In this document: positions 25,499-28,061 of the stretch, one piece after another | Numbering within the stretch: the first letter of the stretch is position 1 | Layout of the letters: each line of letters begins with the position of its first letter | From: Bdellovibrionota bacterium | Lineage (GTDB): Bacteria; Bdellovibrionota_C; UBA2361; OMII01 | Length of the DNA: 28,061 bases | Reading direction: 5' to 3' | Assembly (NCBI GenBank): GCA_032111275.1 | Contig: JAULVA010000247.1 | Span: forward strand, 1-28,061 | Notes under the pieces: generated by a model | What the model was told of the DNA's origin: nothing | What the model saw: only the letters and a program-made list of their open reading frames with translations | Databases searched by the model: none | Translations under genes and position numbers: made by a program

Positions 25499-26110
25499 TT
25501 ACATAGCCGGTGCGGGGGACTGTACGTCTCGTGCGGCTCGACGGCACACGTCCTCGAGCTTATCGAGCCTTGGCTCAAGCTCTTTCTCTAGGCTCTCTCC
25601 CAGGGCCCACCATGACTGATAGAGCTGCTGTTGGCAGATCTTCTTGCACGTATCAGAGATCTCTTGCACCTGCGGTGTTATATCAAGCTTGGACCGCTGC
25701 GGTGTTGGCACGAGCTGCAAGAGCGTCCCGTACCACTCGAAAAAGGCGCGTAGGGTATCGACAGCGCTCTTTAGGCGCTGATTACCCGTCATCATATCTC
25801 CATCTTGGAATCCCTTGCGAGCGTCGCGAAATTCAAAGAAGCATGAGCGAACAACACGCGAAGCGTCTTGAATACGATCCGCTACATACGCCTCGGGAAA
25901 ACCGGTTTGAACATCCAGCACCTCTCCACGGAGCTGCGCGGTATTCTGAGACCACTCCTCATCCGAAAGCTCTCGACCATCGATGAGAATACTCGTCATC
26001 ATGTGCTCGGGGTCGATTGAGACCTTCAGGAGTTCTATCAAATCGACGAACCGAGGAACCGAGGCGCAATTGATATCCGTGTATTCACCATTAATACGAA
26101 CGCGCATCAT
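25499..26110 (-). CDS. Hypothetical protein (203 aa), ThiS/ubiquitin-like N-terminus plus helical bundle
   Basis: ATG26110 follows AGGGG; MMRVRINGE start and ILIDGREL; amphipathic helices C-terminally. Fold assignment is inference. Confidence 0.7.
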   Translation of the reverse strand: MMRVRINGEYTDINCASVPRFVDLIELLKVSIDPEHMMTSILIDGRELSDEEWSQNTAQLRGEVLDVQTGFPEAYVADRIQDASRVVRSCFFEFRDARKGFQDGDMMTGNQRLKSAVDTLRAFFEWYGTLLQLVPTPQRSKLDITPQVQEISDTCKKICQQQLYQSWWALGESLEKELEPRLDKLEDVCRRAARDVQSPAPAM

Positions 26111-26315
26111 ATGATCCCCTTTTAATCGAATAGAAACAGAAGCTCTTGTTTCCCCAAAACAAACGAGTGAGGTATCGAGATTCACCTCAACGCTCGCGTT
26201 CCCCGCCGTATCAAGCACTTACATATAGCGCTCTCAAAAAATCCGCGGCGAAAGCCCGACTTTGGAAAGCGCTATTGATTCGCGGATGCGAATCAAAACA
26301 ACAACCTATAGTGAT

Positions 26316-27998
26316 TTACGGCAAAAGCCTTGCCAGTTTTACTGGCACGGACTTTTGCGAATCACTATAGTAAGCCGCGAACTTCTGGCACCGTCGCTCA
26401 AGATCTTGGTAAATGCTCTTCATTTGAGATGCCAGTTCCAGAGGATCGGATCCCTGCAAATTTTCCTTTGCAAATACAAACATCCTCGTCAGAGCCCCAA
26501 GAGGCCCGTAGGTGAGTCCTAATTGCTCAATCAGGCGATCCAACTCCGAGATCTCCTGATTTATCTGCTTGAATTGCGCCGCTAGTGTCGCGTCATCACG
26601 TACGTAGGTGGTGAGGTTATCCATCAGTCGCTGCCCTCGCTCAGCGCATCCTCGCACTTCCGATAATCCTTGAAGATCGTCGTCAATCACCACCAGAGTA
26701 TTCGGCTTCCGTGGAGCCTCTACCTCAAGTCCGCCGATATCATCTAGCCACAGCTTTCGGTACGCGTTGCGGTACCGTAGGTACGGATCGCTCGATCGTC
26801 CATTTATCGGAGTCAGATCACAAAAACCTAGTGAGTCAAACTCCGAACGGTACACGATGACCTGTCTGGGATCCGCGAGATCCGTAGAGACCTCTCGAAC
26901 ATCCTCTTTCACTCGAGCGATCGCGAGATGAGCCACCAGCTCAGGCGTGATCATGTCGTGACACTCGGGCTTGCTGCACGATTTGTTCGGATTACATGGT
27001 CCGCACCCGATTACGGGCTGAAGCACGATATTTCCCTCACTGTAAGGTCCCGTCTCGAAACCGAACGCGGACGCCAGAAACATGGAGACTACCGGGGTAC
27101 CAACCGCGACGGAGATGTGCATCGGTCCCGTATCTCCCGTTACCAACACATCACACATGCTGAGCATCGCGGCGAGTTGAGGAACTGAGGTTCTCCCCGC
27201 GACGGAGATAACGTTGGGCGACGCGCATCCTTCCACTATCGGATCAATAATCGTTCGTTCTTTGGGGGCACCGGTCAGCACCACTCGAGCGTTATGCTTT
27301 TCGACCAAGATCTTAATCATGCGAATGAAACGGGCCGGACTCCACTGTCTCTTCTCCTGACTCGCTCCAGCTTGTACGCCGATGAGCGGTCCGGTGTTGG
27401 TAAAGGCCGCTTGGTCAATAAGCTGTTGGCAGTACGAAGACTCTTCGGGATTGACATTTACCAACAGCTTTCGTGGATGGGTATCAACATCGGCTGACGC
27501 TCGAAACACATCCACAAGATTGAGTGAATTGTACTGCCGGTTCTGATGAAACACCGAGGTCGCGAAGAGACGGGCCCACTCACTTTCGATTACTCGGTAT
27601 CCCTCCTCATCCGCGGTCCATCCACCGTTACGTTTAATGCCGATTAAACTGAGGAGTAGCGCGGTATACGCGGACGACGACATGTTCAGGCAATAATCGA
27701 AATTCTGCGATCGAAGATACTCCACCGTCTTCGAGACATACTCATAGGCGTCATTTATGCCGTCCTTCTCTCGGGCTAATGACCGCACTACGAAACCAAG
27801 ATCGATGCCGATAATCTCGTCAATATTCGGAATAATATGACAGACATCCTCAAACTGCTTCTCCACGAGTACCGTGATATGGCAGCCGGGATTCTCAGCC
27901 CTAATTCCCGCGATAGTTGGGGTAGCCTGAAGCATGTCGCCCAGACGGGTTATGTTCACGAGTAGCACGCGATTCTTAGTCGGAAAGCGCTTCTTCAT
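26316..27998 (-). CDS. Glycosyltransferase family 9 with ~190-aa C-terminal helical extension
   Basis: NITRLGDMLQATP, GVQAGASQEKRQW, AGRTSVPQLAAML, TGDTGPMHISVAVGTPVV, CGPC; 560 aa versus ~360 aa for the other two GT9s in this window. Confidence 0.88.
   Translation of the reverse strand: MKKRFPTKNRVLLVNITRLGDMLQATPTIAGIRAENPGCHITVLVEKQFEDVCHIIPNIDEIIGIDLGFVVRSLAREKDGINDAYEYVSKTVEYLRSQNFDYCLNMSSSAYTALLLSLIGIKRNGGWTADEEGYRVIESEWARLFATSVFHQNRQYNSLNLVDVFRASADVDTHPRKLLVNVNPEESSYCQQLIDQAAFTNTGPLIGVQAGASQEKRQWSPARFIRMIKILVEKHNARVVLTGAPKERTIIDPIVEGCASPNVISVAGRTSVPQLAAMLSMCDVLVTGDTGPMHISVAVGTPVVSMFLASAFGFETGPYSEGNIVLQPVIGCGPCNPNKSCSKPECHDMITPELVAHLAIARVKEDVREVSTDLADPRQVIVYRSEFDSLGFCDLTPINGRSSDPYLRYRNAYRKLWLDDIGGLEVEAPRKPNTLVVIDDDLQGLSEVRGCAERGQRLMDNLTTYVRDDATLAAQFKQINQEISELDRLIEQLGLTYGPLGALTRMFVFAKENLQGSDPLELASQMKSIYQDLERRCQKFAAYYSDSQKSVPVKLARLLP
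26321..26335 (-). promoter_or_regulatory. Sigma54 -24/-12 element upstream of the 203-aa gene
   Basis: TGGCAAGGCTTTTGC, exact GG-N10-GC spacing, ~210 nt upstream of ATG26110, inside the last codons of the GT9 gene; one arm of an inverted repeat. Confidence 0.55.
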
Positions 27999-28061
27999 AC
28001 CCCTACTTCCTCACTCCTGAATCCTCAGAACGCATGCGGACGATCTGACTCTTTACATGAT

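Noticed and set aside
26343-26358. Functional + strand sigma54 promoter
   Set aside because: GG-N11-GC spacing violates the strict requirement and it points antisense; kept only as an inverted-repeat arm.
296-27497. The many 60-165 aa ORFs nested in or antisense to the long genes, and the 5' extensions at 227, 2934, 11772, 13813, 14789, 25264 and 26218
   Set aside because: Shadow frames of GC-rich coding DNA without SD or motifs; downstream starts have better SDs or match family N-termini.

Overview
28 kb of gene-dense bacterial chromosome with no rRNA, tRNA, CRISPR array or prophage that I can support. Gene content (Geobacter-style pilin, large NAD-GDH, sigma54/sigma28-like boxes) suggests a deltaproteobacterium-like lineage; this is inference only. 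Left to right: a secreted hypothetical protein; a cluster of three GTAG-type REP palindromes; psd with a SerA-like dehydrogenase; a Cys-rich secreted protein with a duplicated 33-aa motif; a type IV pilin; a complete head-to-head olefin cluster (oleA, fused oleBC, oleD); a 149-aa flagellin-derived mini-protein behind a sigma28-like promoter and a ~198-bp TA-flanked palindrome; and a surface-glycan island (10830-16152). In that island an ABC exporter, two GT4s, a GmhB-like phosphatase and a carbamoyltransferase have been collapsed by at least six internal deletions while two GT9s and a GT2 remain full length. Then a large NAD-glutamate dehydrogenase, an IS5-like transposase scar, and a minus-strand glycosylation module (extended GT9, hypothetical protein, GT4-GT4-TPR). 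The two strongest leads are the deletion-collapsed operon and the mini-flagellin locus, which sits next to GGA-hairpin motifs suggesting CsrA/FliW control. All family calls come from motif recognition by eye; no database search was run.
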